DNA of 56,397 nucleotides, filler included, from Catajapyx aquilonaris (taxonomy: Eukaryota), in assembly GCA_000934665.2 (NCBI GenBank). It is 2 parts of 2 records of this genome, joined end to end, with 100 filler letters (N's around TTAATTAATTAA, not from the genome) between each part and the next. Parts side by side here need not be neighbours in the genome. Positions count along the whole stretch, not along the records: positions 1 to 29,787 come from JYFJ02005192.1; 1 more part is not named here. One strand, given 5' to 3'. Each line of letters starts with the position of its first letter. The first letter of the stretch is position 1. Made by a program: the position numbers and the translations under genes. Below, piece by piece: positions 12,995-27,700 of the stretch. Under the pieces are notes generated by a model that was not told the origin of the DNA, ran no database searches, and saw nothing but the letters and a program-made list of their open reading frames with translations.

Positions 12995-15900
12995 AATGCA
13001 AAATTTCTATGTAATTTGAACCGTCACACAGGCACCGGGTTGGAAGGCAACAGTGTTCCCGAGAACATGAAGCGTCTGTTATTGTGCGAAACCAAACCCA
13101 GGCGGATATGTGTCGGTTCCAGCTCAAATTGGAGGTGACCTATTGACTCCCTTGTTAAAATTAAGTGAGAAGCAATAAGCAATATTAATTCTAATTAGCA
13201 TTGCTGGTATAATTGCGTAAGTGCTGACAATAAGCAAATGCTACGAGGATGCAGTGCGGTGTAAAAGGTCCGCCCCTATCGGGTTTAGTCTTATTATATG
13301 AATTTCTGAGACTAAATTACCCTCTACTCTCAGGATCAGCTGGACAGCACATTTTAAAATTCAAATCCTACATTGTCTATTCCAAGAAAATCTTGAAAGA
13401 CAGCCTTCCCAATGAAGAAGTGGGCCAGCCCTAAACTCTTCTCCATTGTAAAATTTACGATAGCCATTATTGAAAAGACAAGAGCCCTTCTTTTTGTTCG
13501 GATCTAATTCTGGTCCCTACAATCGAGCCCAGTCGTTCCTGTCAAGGGTATCCGAGTGTAAATATGACAGGAGAGGGACAGTTCTCTCTCTCTCTCTCTC
13601 CCCCCCCCCCCCCTCTTCCTCAGCTTATTTCTCTATTCAGAATTCATGAAGGTTTTTTTTTTCACATTTGGATAGTCTCCCTTTCTGCCTGGCTACAATT
13701 TGCCACAATATTAATGCATACTTTATCCAGATTTCCACGAACTGCTCGTCAATCGACATTACAAAAAGCGACAACCCTCAGTATCTAAAGATTGTCAACC
13801 AAGTTTGCTCTGCCAGTAATAATATTCTCCCCTCAAGTCCATGATTGGTGGCAGGTAAAGATCACGTTTCGTGAAACTCGAACCTTTTTTTTTATTCTTC
13901 GCGGGGAAAAAAGGACGAAATGAAATGGTCATGATGGTTTTGTAGGCTTATCTCGACCTGCATCCTGGCGCTATCGTATATATTCCCCGAGAGGCGGTAT
14001 CATCACAGCCCATCTCGAAAATTCGCCACGGTCAAAGAGAAACAACAATGAGAGAAGGGTCGCAATTACCAGGAGCACGGAAGCCACACGTTTTGTTATT
14101 TCTTCTGCACTACAAGCTTGTACACCGTGTGCTGCAATTAGTCCATAGGCGAGTGTGTCTGTCGATAAGAGGCAGTTATTCATTTTGCACGATAATGGAT
14201 TTCCACTCGCGATAACAACCGGATCGTTTTGTATAGATTTCATACACTCTGTACCACACTCTGAGACCAAAAAATGGTGGGTACAATGGCTGCCTGGTTG
14301 AGAATCGATATGTTTTTGAGGTGGAAAATATAAAGTATGGTGCTTTTTAGCGGATCGAAATATGATTAGTAGGTTTAAAACGATGAAGCGAGGCAACAGA
14401 TGTTGGGGCTGCCAACATGGCTCAGGGCCACGCAAAACAAAACGGTGTGAATTGACGCGCGGTTCAAATGATAGGTTCGGGGGTAACTAATATATAGAAA
14501 AAAAAACTCGAGCCCAGCCGCAGGACATTTTTTTATATTCCAAAGCGCTTAGATCCTCTCTTTGTTGCAGGGGGATAAAAATTGTCTAATACCAACCCTC
14601 CCTTTTTGGTTTGGAGAACTTTTCTAAACGGGCCCATTTCCATGGTAGCGATCTGTTGTTCGATACTCCGAGGGAGATCTCTAGAACCGATAGGATCAAA
14701 AAGTGAAGGTAAGATTAGGCCTCAAAAAGCCAAGGGAGATTGCTGGTCACGGACACAAAAAGAAAAGAAAAAAAAGGAGGCAGCAAGGCATCTTATATAA
14801 CTGCTACGAGCCTAATCAAATTTAGGGTTATTAATTAACCAAATTCAGCCTTTTATTAAACTACCGGTTCACAAAATGGCCGAGTTTGTCAGTATAGCAA
14901 AAATAAAAAAAAGTAAAGGCATTTTGAGCATGGGATTCCCTTGACTGGTGTTGTGGCTTTTGGAGCTGATGGAGTGTGGTTGTAGCATAAATTGGGCAAG
15001 TTGTGAGTTTGGTAAGGGGGATATAGAGTGGGGTGGTGGTGGTGGGAAAAAGAGAGGTGGAAATCAATAGAGCGAGTGTCCCACTGGAGTAGTTTTGGTG
15101 TTGAGCTTCCCTGAGTAAGTTTGTCAGGAGGAAGTAGAAGAAGGAAAAGCGCATCTCTGCTCCTTGCAATTGGACCTGGTCTCAAAGCCTATCCAGAGCA
15201 GCTTTCGGGCTGAGAGAGGAAACGAGCTTCGCGAATAAAATGCCAAGTGGAGCTTTTTTGGAACATTGGGAGAGGGGGAAAAAGAAGTGATGTGGTTTTG
15301 CCCAAGAGGATGATAAGAATCAGTATCCTTCTTCAAGAAACCTATATACACCAAAGAAGGAAAACAACGAAAAAATTCTTTTATTTTTTTAGAAATAATG
15401 AGAAAGATTTGTTTTTTTCCGAAGTGTGGAAAACATCTTCCCGAATTAATTCTCCTTTTGTTACTTTTGTCTTTTCGAGAATCCTCGTTCCCCGTTCCTT
15501 TTTCTTGGGAGTTTTCAATGCCGAGATGGTTCCATAGGAATTTCATCATGCAGGGTACGTTTGAGCTAATTTTAATTTAATTAACGGAGGAGCCAGGCTT
15601 CAGTTCTGGAATCTCGGCGATATGCCAAGTTTTTGTGTATAGAAAAAGGAAGAAGGAGGGGATTCTCTCGACAAGATGATTGTCTCGGAATGGAATCCAA
15701 TTGGAAGTTTTGTTCCTCGAATTATTTCCGAGGTACGATATTCAGAGATGGTATATTTAGATACGCGCGCTTTTTTTCAGAGCAGGAAGAAGTATAGAAT
15801 TAACTTTTTTTTTCTTCGAACTTTCAGAGCTGAAAAAAGTGGAGTCCTGTTAGGCCTAATCAAGAGGAATTGGAAACCCGATTAGGTTCTGGATGGAATT

Positions 15901-16339
15901 TTTTGTCAGCAATATTTTTGCTTGGAAGCTTGCAAAATGTGAGGATTTTTCCTCCAACACTAAGGCAGTAATTAGAGGGATGACAGGGGCGAGAAAATAA
16001 TGTTACTCAGCAGGTGTGGATAAGTTAGAAAAGAGGCCGATCTGGGCAGAGAGGGTGCCTTGCGTTCAGCTGGGGCCGGCATCCCGAGGCCTTACAGAGC
16101 CGTCATTTACCCGACCAGTTTCCCCTTGCCCATGCCGGGATCGGCCCTCTCGGAAATCAGTCGAAAGCGATTGCCACACACCTGAATATTCAATAATTTG
16201 CAAATATCAGGAGTGTGTTGGGTGAAGAAAACAAATTCTAAAATTTGCGCCTACATTTTGCTCCAAAATATATGTTATACTGTATATGCGATTTTCAACC
16301 TATAGTGAATCATAATATTATAGGCTCTACCTTCAGTGC

Positions 16340-16602
16340 AATAGAGATGTTCCAAGTATATTGGGGTCCTTTTAGTTACAAAGTTAGCAGATTTCGCCAG
16401 AAGTTGGTATTTTGGGTATAATTTTGCGCCGCGATCGAGGTGCCCAATTACATTGCAGCTGCTATGTTTGAACACAACACCTGGGAATAATTGGGCACCT
16501 ACCTTAGATTGAGGTGCAAAAAGATAGGCTACACAAAAATAATAACATCTGGCGAAATTTGCAGATAACTAAAAGGACCCCAGTACTTGGAACCACTCTA
16601 TT
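16340..16602. mobile_element. Foldback/MITE-like element with long imperfect inverted arms
   Basis: Left arm AATAGAGATGTTCCAAGTATATTGGGGTCCTTTTAGTTA...GCAGATTTCGCCAGA...AGGTGCCCAATTA matches the reverse complement of right arm TAATTGGGCACCT...TCTGGCGAAATTTGC...TAACTAAAAGGACCCCAGTACTTGGAACCACTCTATT over ~110 bp per arm, with a ~37-bp spacer. Confidence 0.8.
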
Positions 16603-17645
16603 TTGATGAGTGACGAAAAGTATGAACAAATGCAGGATGTCTATTCTAAACTAATCTAAATCATGCCAGTTCGCGTAAAAAACATGGCTAGTTTTGTTGC
16701 GAAATAAACTATCCGTGATGCGTAACCGTCTTAAGTTTTTCCTGTCAGCAAGTTTTTAAAATACGGGGTTAGGAAAGCAGGGAATGATTAATTGTAATTT
16801 GCGAAAAAAATTTATGTAAATGTGTGGTTGCACCACACTTCAATATATAATAAATTCTTATGAGCTGAGAAAATGGCGTATATATTCAGGTTGCTTTAGT
16901 GCTATCTGCATACCGAAGATAATGACAATATGCATTACAATATACATCTCGCCGACATTTATTTTGTAAATCTGCGCCGTGAAGTATTCCACCTGTCAAA
17001 TGCAACGCCGGAGGGATTTATTCTGCATAATTATGTATATGATGTGTTCCGGATCAAGGATATACCTGCCTTAGAAATCGTATAGTGTATTATAATCGCC
17101 TTATAATTTTTGGAAGTCAGTTTCAAGAATAATTGTAATATTTTGAATTTTAACCGGCTTGAGCTTTACCTCAAAATAACAATATTCACTTCAGAATAGC
17201 TCACTTCTGATGCATTGCTATAAGCTAACGATGATGAAAATAAGGTGCGGACTATTAGATATGCAAGTGGATGTGTATGTGGAATCTTATTGAATGAAGG
17301 CTACTTGTCATTTATTCAGCAGGCCGTATATAGATCTCCAGCAAACCCTGTATTTGCGCCTCGCAGCAATTTTGATTTCCGGTAATTTTCTCGTGGAAGA
17401 GGTGTGCTGGTATTAAATGATTTACCCACCTATTTCTCATACGAGATGTATATCACGGTCTCTTTCATATATTGTATGTTATAATTATATTCGGTTTTCA
17501 GCAGAATAATGTTGGCCTGATTAATAGTACCGGTACTGTATATACTGTTTCTAAAATTTTAATAGGCATACACAATGAGTATAGAGTATAAGGCTTACAT
17601 TTAGTGTGATAATGCAGGAGGCCGTGGATAGCGAGTATAGCCCCG

Positions 17646-17733
17646 TATGTGTAACATCTCAATCCCCCAAAAAGGGCTCTGCCCTCGAAAGGGGTAGCCT
17701 ATAGTAAATAAATAAATATGTGTAACATCTCAA
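17646..17733 (+). mobile_element. 5'-truncated retroposon-like insertion (54 bp) with 17-bp target-site duplication
   Basis: Exact direct repeat TATGTGTAACATCTCAA at 17646-17662 and 17717-17733. The insert between them ends in a (TAAA)3 tail and contains a small CCCT-CGAA-AGGG stem-loop. Confidence 0.65.
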
Positions 17734-20700
17734 CTATAACAGTGGGTATAGCCGAAACCCGCCAGCACAATCAGGAAAGAATGGTTCAGTAAATTTTGTA
17801 AATATTGTAAATATTACTGAGGCTGTGTCAGTCGAGTAACTTTAAAATTTATTGGGTAAGGGAAAGGGAATGAGAGGAAAATTCTCATATTTTAGAATGG
17901 ATACAAGTGATAATTTGCAGGTGATTACCTCTTCAATTAGAAGAACTCGTTACAGGTACATTATTTACACTCTAATATTAAAAGGCCACGGTTAAATCAA
18001 TTTCAGCACATGTTTCCATAGAACGAAAGGTGTACAGTATGTTTCTCTGACACACTATTGTCCATTAGTATCGCATACTATCGATGCCATAAACAATTTT
18101 AATTAGGAGGACAAATGTGAAGCTTTTGGAAGCGAGCCCTTCTACATGCTAAATTAGTGACAAGAGTCAATAAATTCCAGCCGCCATTATGAATGTTTCA
18201 ACAGTATTCTTTCACTTTTCTTGAACATAAACCCGCCAGCACTTTCAGCAGGCTATATAGATTCCCCCAAATGTCGAAACACCTGCATAAAACAGGTGAC
18301 AAATTCTTCCACACTCTGTATTCTGCGCCACACATTCATTACAACGCAATATAGACCTGTAATAGCATTCGCATTGGCACAATTCCGGCGGCAGTCACCT
18401 GCTTGACACAATGAAACAAATACGAAGACAATCGGCTCGTAAAACGTTTGTAGGTGGCATCGTGATGAGTGAGTGAGTGAGTGTATGATTGTGGTATGTG
18501 ATGATTAAGAATGGAGCGCTGGAGAGTGATGGCAGCCGATGCCTGTCCCCCCCTACCCAAAACCTCCCCCCCTCCCCCCGATATGAGTTGGTGGTTGTGG
18601 GGATAGGGGGGAGGGGGTTTGATTGACAGGGTCCAGGAGAGTGGATTTTAGTGTCGTTTGATAGCGGACAAGCGGAGGCCGCAGCGAACAAATTGTGGTG
18701 GCAGCAGCGTGGGCCTGCGGTGCCAGCCCCCAAAACCCCCCGCCTGTCATTCCCCCGGCTTGCTTTACAACTGCCGCCCAAAGCCTTGCAAATGCGCCTT
18801 TGCTAATAACGGTGCCCCTGTGTTCAACCGCCTGTTCCTGCTAATTAACAAATGGACTCCTCTCAAGTTCCCACTGCGGCCTTCTCTCCATTTTTTCCAC
18901 TCTTTTTTTTCGCGCGAGGTACCATCATGTTGTGGGTGGCCACTGGGTTCGTACACTGTTAACACCCCAGCACCAGATCATTGTTTTCGTGTTTGTACTG
19001 GGCGAAAAGGCAACACACCGCCAATTAACCGGGAGTCTTTCCAGGCGCCGGTGTGTAACAAACGCCTGCAATTATATTAATACAAAATGCAAGTCTCGGG
19101 TAATGGAGCAAATGGCACCCAGAGTAGTCGGTCCACAGGAGATATAAAGTTAGTCGTGATTTTGAGGGGGGGGGAGGTGAGGAGGAAGAGGCGCCTGCAT
19201 GAGTACAAATGGTGGGTGCTGAAGGGCCAAACTGCTGGGACAACATTGTGAAAACATGTGCAGGTTGTAAAAGCGACAGGTTCCTCTGGCCTGCTGCATT
19301 CATCAGTTCAGCCTTAGTATGCTTGGCATGCAGGCCTTCATCAGAAGAGGCAGCTATATGTGTGGTGATGTTACAATTTAAAACGTGATACCGCGGTAGA
19401 ACCTTCCATGTCACATGTCAACAAATTTAAAAAAATTAACGCTCAATGTTACAAAAAGCTAGCGACTAGTATTTTGGGCATCATACTGTATGTGCGTTAG
19501 TGACCTTATTGTCAGCATGTATTCAAATAGTGATGTGAAGTGCATCTTATCAATCCTCGTATGAAATTAATGAGAAAAAATCCTACGGCCATCTTGAATA
19601 TCTGGCCCGGAAAATGCTGGAATAAATTAAGCTGCAATGCGGTGCAGGCATAAATATTGGATGCGTATTGTCCGTGCAAGACCTTGGCATGCGGACGATT
19701 GTCTGATTATATTTGTAAACGGAAAAGCTGCATTCTCCCCAATAATGCACGATGTGAAAAAAGAAAAGGTGGCCTTTTCTTGAGCATGACGCTGATGGCA
19801 TTGTAACGCTAGGCGGAAGAGAAAAGTCACGATTGCAGCATGATTTGCACCTATAGGTACGTTGTATTATACTCACAGGAATGTGAATGGACCTAGCACT
19901 CTTGTTAAAACAATCGAAACCAACTACATGCAACAAAACAAAATCACATTTCACTCGAGGAAGAATTATTAACGGTTTCATTAGTATATTCAGTTGAAAG
20001 TGACAAATCGAATACAAAAGGCTTGCAACGTGCAGATATTTTTTTTCCAATACAATGTGGACAAATTATGTAAAATGCAACACCGAGCTTTTCAATTCGT
20101 TTCAAATAGTAAATTTCTAAACAAAAGTCTGTGTGCAGTACCACATAGTGTAGGCCTACTTGGCAACTATCCCTGGCCTATTGTCTTTTTCGCAAAGCAT
20201 CAGCTAACAACAACTGCAGCAACAAACTACATATGTTTAGGCCTAGGTCATCCCAGCACTCTGTATATGAAACACGAACCGTTACAAGGCGACACATAAT
20301 GCACGAAATGCCACTGTAATTTCACCCTTGCACATCCGGCAATTTGCAACGTATGCGAATCTGACCGGTAGATGGCACCTATAATACTATTCAACTACTA
20401 AGCTCTATGTCGTAACACATTTTCTCCCGATAAAAACGATATTATTTGCAGGCCTGCGTGCCAAGTATTCAGGCAGTCAACTTTTACCAAATAAATCACT
20501 AACAAAATTAGCTTCAACACTGGTAAACTGGCTAAAAAGACATTTCAGGCAAAACCGGCAGCCTGATTTGTTTGTCCTTAGCCGAATGTCGACGGCCCCT
20601 ACCGTGTTAGAGTGTCCGTCGTTATACCTGTTGGGGGCCATTGGAGGTCAAAGCTTCTGGTAAGAAGAGGTGGGGGGTGAGGAAGGGAAGGAGGATTCAC

Positions 20701-23700
20701 CATCTTCACACCCATCAAAACACCCACACACTCGGCACCTACACACACAAATTTTTGTCACGACCAATCACACATGGCCGGTACTCTTCGGGAGAGGTAG
20801 AAGGCAACTTGCGCTGCAACAAATTTCCAGAGGCCAACTTATCATTTGGGGCTGTTGGGGCGGAGGAGGAGAAGAGAGGGGCCTATTGGGAGGGGAAGTA
20901 GGCTGTAATTTGAAGGTTTTTTTTTTCAACGTTGGACGTAGGGGGGTTGTCGGCAGTTGGGCCGGTTGCTGCCCGGGGGCCATCATGATGGGTCCCGGCC
21001 CCGGCCCGTCAGACACCCAGTTTGAGAGGATCCATCACCCACCCCCAGGCCCGGTTGCCAAGTCGGTTTTTAGGACAGAAAAAGACGTTGACACTCTGCA
21101 CTAAGTGCACATATTTTTGTATAAAATTTATTTGAAAAAATAATTGTGTTTCGTTGTGGCTGGAATTTGTAAGGTGGCTTCCAGCTTTAAAAAAATGAGA
21201 GGCTGATATTACCATTCGAGATTGCGCACAATTAGATAGGGATCAGTAGGGCGTATCGAGTCCATTGGGTTAAAACGTGGCGGGGTGTGCAAGGGAGCCA
21301 AGACGCCGTAATAAGTGTGTTTAAGCAGCGGTCCGGAGTCCGCAGGTAGCAACTAGAGGCTAATTTTCATATCGTCCCAATCAACATACAAATGTTTTCA
21401 TCATCTAGTGTGTTGGAGGGGGCTCCATCATCATCATCTGAGAGTCGGTGTGGTTTTTCTTCAGGTAGCTAGGGGGATATACAAATGGGCCGCAAACATT
21501 GGGGGGGGTTGCTCTTGCCCAATAGGCTACAAGCTACAAATCGGGGGAGTCCCGTCAGCAATCGATACAAGACAGCAGCATGCAGGCAGCAGCAGGTCGT
21601 TGCACCTTCCCACCCATCACCACCCACAATGGCTGTGCAATAATCCGGCTGAAATATATGGCTGCGGTTGGTGTTGCCTTCTCACACGCCACTCCCAAAA
21701 GCCTTCGACTGACAACCCATTGCACATACTTTCAATAATTGCGTAAATAATGCTGGGTTAGGTGGCCATGTTTTTGAGCGACAGTGCTCGTGTCGGATGC
21801 GCAATATACGTTTATTAGTGCGTGATTGTTTTACACGGCTCCTGCTCGTACTTTTGTATTGAGTACTAGTGTACCAGGGGACGATGTGGGTCATGGAATC
21901 ACGAGACCAAAAGAGGGAATATAGTTTAATGGCTGTTCTAGGGCGACGTTATATGGTTCTTGGAATTTTAGCTGGGGGTAAATGGCTTGTTATTGTTGTG
22001 CATGTAACTGGTATCGACGATTAGATGTTTGGCAAGCTGTGTTACTTTTGGAGTCATTTATGGCCGGTTCGTGATCGATGGTAAATCTAGTACAAGTGGC
22101 TGATTCATGTTGTTCACATGTATTGATAGTGTAATTTGTCCTTATAGATTCTTAAAAATATTCGCCAAAATTTTAAAACTGAAATTGATCAATTTTTGGA
22201 AAAAAATCCGAGCAATTCATGTATCGCCAGTAAATTGTTTAGTAAAAGTAATTCAACAAATGTAATCGCTTATATACATTAGAAAACACTGAAAGAGAGT
22301 GGAAAATGACGCATAAAATTGTGTACTGTAATGCATATTTATTGGCTTCTTAATGTGTTGTTATTTTCTCGACATGGGACATTCCCTGTCACAGTCATAA
22401 AACGCGTCCTGATTTATGCCAAGTCCTCATGAAGGATACCTAGTTTTTGCGTCTCGCAAGAAGGCTTCTCGAAACATGCATTATGCAACCAACTTATTAC
22501 GGCACACCTCGCAATTTATTATTTCCTCGATCGCATATAATCATTTTATTTATGCCCCACGTCATGAACCCATGTACAAGTTGTAACATGACCACATAGG
22601 AAATCATTATTCCCATTTTAGCACTTAAAAGGCACCTAATAATACCCCGTAATGATTACGGGTCTAGGCGTAAGTAGACATGAGATGGCCGAAGAAGGTT
22701 GGCAAAAAAAAAAGTTGTTTACTGTGTAAAGGGCTGGGCGGAAATAAATGCAGCCGAGGCTCGGAGAGGAAAGAGGGATAATTGAGATTAATTAGAGCCG
22801 GATGGGCGATAAGGAGCATTATTTGGGGCGGCAAGTGTGATTGGCCTCCCCCCCTTAGGTGCGCACAGAGAACCAGCCTAATTACAGGCTGGAGGCCTTG
22901 TTAATTGCGCGTGTTTACAGCGATTGGAAAACGGGGAGGGAAAGGAAACGGGCCATGCTCGGCCGAGAGCACGACCTGTCATTCCCTGGAGTTTGGAGCC
23001 CTATCAGACCCCCGGATAAATCCTTCACGACACACTGAGTTTCCACACAAAAATCATGAGCACTCATTACGCAGGTCATACCGAACAGAAGAATTTAATT
23101 GTCAAAAACGACAAAAGGAGAGTGTAGTACAGGAAACAGAATAGAGCCCACCCTTCTCTCTCTGTCAGCCAGATAATACAATGAAATCGAGTTTTTTTTG
23201 GGTGGGGGATTTGGATGGATGGTGGGGGGGACCTGAATTCCATGACTGAACTTATGGGGGTAGGTTCTTTCGAAGCGAAATGGTGGAAAAATTCGTGGGC
23301 AGCTTATATGAAGGGAAGAGGGGTAATTTAATTGGCTTGAAGCCCCAGGCACTTTTTTGGGTAGGTTGGGGTGGCCCAAGATGGAAAGGTTTGAAAAGCC
23401 CACTTTATTTCCAGCTGTGTGTATACATATACTCAGAGCTTGATATGTGTATTATTATTACACACTATTACACATAAGTTGCTTGTTGACACTGCAGTTA
23501 TTTTTGTTCAAATATGGTTCACGATGATTTCTGGCTCATACTTGGAGTCTTGGGGATTAAATTTTTTAAGAGCGTAAATGCAACTTTTATTACACACGTT
23601 TGCATATAATGTGGGAAACAAACGTCATGCTTTCGCATATTTTTATGGCGATTTGGTTTGGCCTGAGAAATAAGGAAAAGAGCAGGTTGTTTGTGCGGAC

Positions 23701-24663
23701 CATAACTCTTCCATTATGAAAGACACACGGCTTAATGGTTGTTCTACTTATAATTATTAGCAATTCTGGTGGCGTAATTACAAGGTGGATTCGAAGAAAC
23801 TGGAAATTAAGCGGCGCGATTATTGCTGCGTCGCGCACCAAATTGATAATTCATCTCCACCTAAGGCCCGTATAATCTGGAGGTTCACATTGGGCAGAAT
23901 TAGCCTTCATATTCGGGGTTTGAGTGATTAATAGGGGCATGTGCAGCAAGTCCATGCATTAACTTGTAATGATAGTGCAGCACGTGAGAAAGAAAGTGGG
24001 CAGAACCTCTGCTTGTCTCATCCGCTGACATGTGACTCCGCATCTGGAATTGATCGGGACGAATCGCAGAAAGAACCTTCAGTGACTTTTGTCGGTTGTT
24101 GCCAGCTTTATGAGGGCTTAAGAATAGGAGAGAATGTAAGGAAGAGGGTGGTAGGGTCTTATATGCCCAAAAACACAGAATTAGCCTTCCCCCACAATTC
24201 CAAAGTCAATAAAAACCTCTCCTGACATAATGCGTCCTTTGTGCAGGGGTGTATAGAATTTCACACAATGGTCTTGATGAAACACTTTTCTGGAGGAGAG
24301 TGTGGGAGGGGGGGGTTAGCGCGACTGGGGTGGGGGTGTGATAGGCATCTGTAATGTAGAGGGGGTCCTTTATGGCCCAGGGGGGGCTGAGGGTTATAAT
24401 CTGCAGCACCCTCCAACTCTACGGAAGTGCGTGGTCATACCACTGTCCACTTCTCTGAAAAGAGGTCCCAATGCTTGGTGATATTAAATATTATTTTGGG
24501 TACCATTGTATACCACCTTCTCACAGAAATCTAACAACAGTTCGATGGAGTACCGCTAGATGTCGGCACGACAACGCCAATGAGAATAACGCCCCGAGAA
24601 AATCACGCAAACACGAAGAGAACTGACGGACACTCAGTGGTGTCTTATTGAGGATACTGAACT

Positions 24664-24664
<1 letters not shown>

Positions 24665-24738
<74 letters not shown>
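24665..24738. repeat. (ATT)n microsatellite
   Basis: About 24 perfect TAT units; source of poly-I/poly-N ORFs. Confidence 0.97.
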
Positions 24739-24739
<1 letters not shown>

Positions 24740-27700
24740 ATTGTGTCGTACAACTCTGTACCTGGCAGAGTAAACCATGTGAAATCAATCCGCAAATAAT
24801 GCAGAACGTAACGCTGGCACATGTGAAGAGCCGAAGCAAGTGTGCACAAACACATTGTACATAATAAACGGGCCGATAACAAAAGGTGCGACGTCGATAG
24901 GCGTGAAGAGGTGATTGAGAAACTATCAAGACGCGCGGTTTTTTATTATTATCAGTACTGCTCCCTTGTGATGTGCCGCTTCAGACAGAGCAACAGATGT
25001 ATACTCCGGCTTATCTGGCACCTTTTTATCTTCGGGCCAGGGTGGGGAGGTGGGGAAGGGATGTCGCATCTCTTGTGTGACTTGTGTCCTTGTCCTGTAC
25101 CGGCGATACAAGAGGGCGGGAGAGGCCATCCCAAGCGCCCACTCTGCATTTACACCCCAAGCCACGTCTCGTAAATTCGGCCCCGGGGCCACCAGACATC
25201 TTAAATTCATTTGCCAGACTTTGCCGCCTTTTACTATTTTTTTATGTATTTCACACTCGGGCCTTTCATTATGTGCCAGTGCCACATAGTGACGGCCTAT
25301 TTACCAAGTGTCGCTGGCAAGTGCATCTGACAGGGAGTCGAGTAAAAGTTGAGCAAGTTCCTCATTATTACTGCTAATGGTAGGCGAGAATGGATTGTGT
25401 GAACGGGCCGTAAATTATTAGCGGTGGCAGTTAGGATAAGTTTTTGGGACCTAAGCGTCGTCATCTCCTGGCACCCATCCTCTTTCCAGACATTTTTCTA
25501 GCCAATAAAGAGGCGGCGGGATGCTCCTTTCCGGCTAGGTGGTCCTGGCCAATGTCGGCCAATTCCCAAGGAAAAATGCGAAGGGGGCTAATTAGCGGGC
25601 GTCTAATGACTGCCGCTCGAGGGATTACTCACCAAAATCACGGCCACAAAGTAGCTTTCTGGGCCTGACATCACGTTTCCCATCATTCCCCCCTCTCTCT
25701 CATTTTTTCGCAAAGCCATGCAAGATCTTCAGCCTTGATTCTTAAAGGTGGCTTCGTTAGTCCTCCTCGCATCTAGAATGCACCAATTAAAATCAGCGGT
25801 CATAACTTGCGCTCGAATCATTCTTAACCATCTGTAAAATTATGAGCCCCAAGTTGGTGCTGCCACCTGACATAAATACCGTTCTCATCAGTAGTGGGGA
25901 AATGAGTGTGTATTTTTTTGAATGTTGTTATCAGTTTTGTTTTACCACAGCTGACCTCTTCATAAGTCAGTCGAGTGGTTTTTACCTTGTGGACAAGTCG
26001 GTCTACTCGATTAGCAGGAGATAAAAAATAGAATATGGAGAGGTAGAAAGGTGGGGTAGGCTTCTTTTTGGATGACCAGCGGGCCTTTCACCTGCGTTTG
26101 TTTACCCATCCCCCCTGGATAATCTCTCGCAAACGGACTTATCTCGCCTTTTGCCTCCTTTGTCGGTTCCATTCGCTAAGTCGAGTGCGCTAACATTGAC
26201 GATAAGATTGCTCGAGGGCAATCAGGGCACAAGTCTACAATTTTTCTGATGATTAGCAAGTGTTTGTAATGTGACACTGAAAAAATTATGGGCGTCTAAT
26301 AACTTGTTCCTAATGTTCTACAATATTTTCATGCGAGATACACCAAAAATCAAATATAATTATTTAAATTCATGCACTGCATGTTATCATGCTCTATATA
26401 ATGTGTGTAAATTATTCACATCGGAATATATCGAGGCTAAAAAAATGAAGATTTCCTGGGGCACGAAAAAGAGATTTGCCTCGGAGTGGCTTAGGACAGG
26501 CAGATGGAATTCACACGAAGAGATGTAGAATATTCGTGGCTGTGAGGAATGGAGAGAGGTCTGTCCCATTTCTCCAGGCTGATGGACACATCCAGACTGC
26601 TGCTATCGATTACAGGAGAGTGGAAAAGAGCACTTTGAGAATGGTCATCTAAGATGGAATATCTTGTAGCCATCCTTCACGGTCCTTTGGAGTTATGTAT
26701 TGGCCAGCTGAGTCCATTCGACTATAGATGGCCTCTTCTATTCCCCCCCCCCCCACCTCCCCTTTGCTCAGACTCGCCTTTTCCTATATACACCCAGCTG
26801 CCTGGATAAGATTATTATTATTGCTGCTGCCGCTAGACCTGGTTTGTGTTACATAAAGGCGACATATTTCAGATAAGACGAACAAGTGTTACCTCCGCTG
26901 AGTTGTATCGGGCCAGATAGCGTTCTACTTCAGTCATCTTTGTTTTAGGATTACACTTGTGATCACTAGAGGAGACAAGTCCATAAATCACGTCCAAGCA
27001 GTTGTAACTTTATGTGCACATGAGCTGATATGTGTTTCACCCCTCCCCACCCACCCACCTTGCCTTCCCCCATCAGGACAAAACACGTCGTGATAAATCC
27101 CCATTAAGATTAGTGGCACTGACAGCACACAGTCTGCAAATTGACAAGTGAGTGAGCCACATACACGCCACTGATTGTAGGCAGATATGATTTTAATAAG
27201 TCTATTACCTGGCCCCCAATTATCCCCGTGGCCAATTTCCGACCCAAGGAGCTTTTCATATTCTTTGTTGAGCAGCCAGATAAAGTTGCAGCTGAGGTTG
27301 TCACTTGTGCTAATCACTCATTTTTTTATCTATATTAAAATCAATGAGGTATTATTTGCGAAGTAGATTGGAGAACGAGGGGACGATATACAATCGCGTG
27401 ACTTGTAAGGTTTCTGTGTGGGTGTTGTGTGTTATATACCAGCAATGTATTTTGCACCAATCTGGTGGAAAATGGCTTATATAGAAGTGGATGTGCGCAA
27501 GGAGAGCTGAAAGTAGATGACTGTCTAATCTTTTTATGCTCCAATAGGATTGCAAGGGGGTACAAAATGAGTAACCGGAGAAGGGGAGGCTTAAAGGCAC
27601 TCTCAAAGTCTAATGGAACATTAAGGTCTGCTTGGATTTGGATTAAATTCACTGCTTCCGATTCTCTCAAGTCCCACCGCTGTGCGTGTAATTGAGACTT

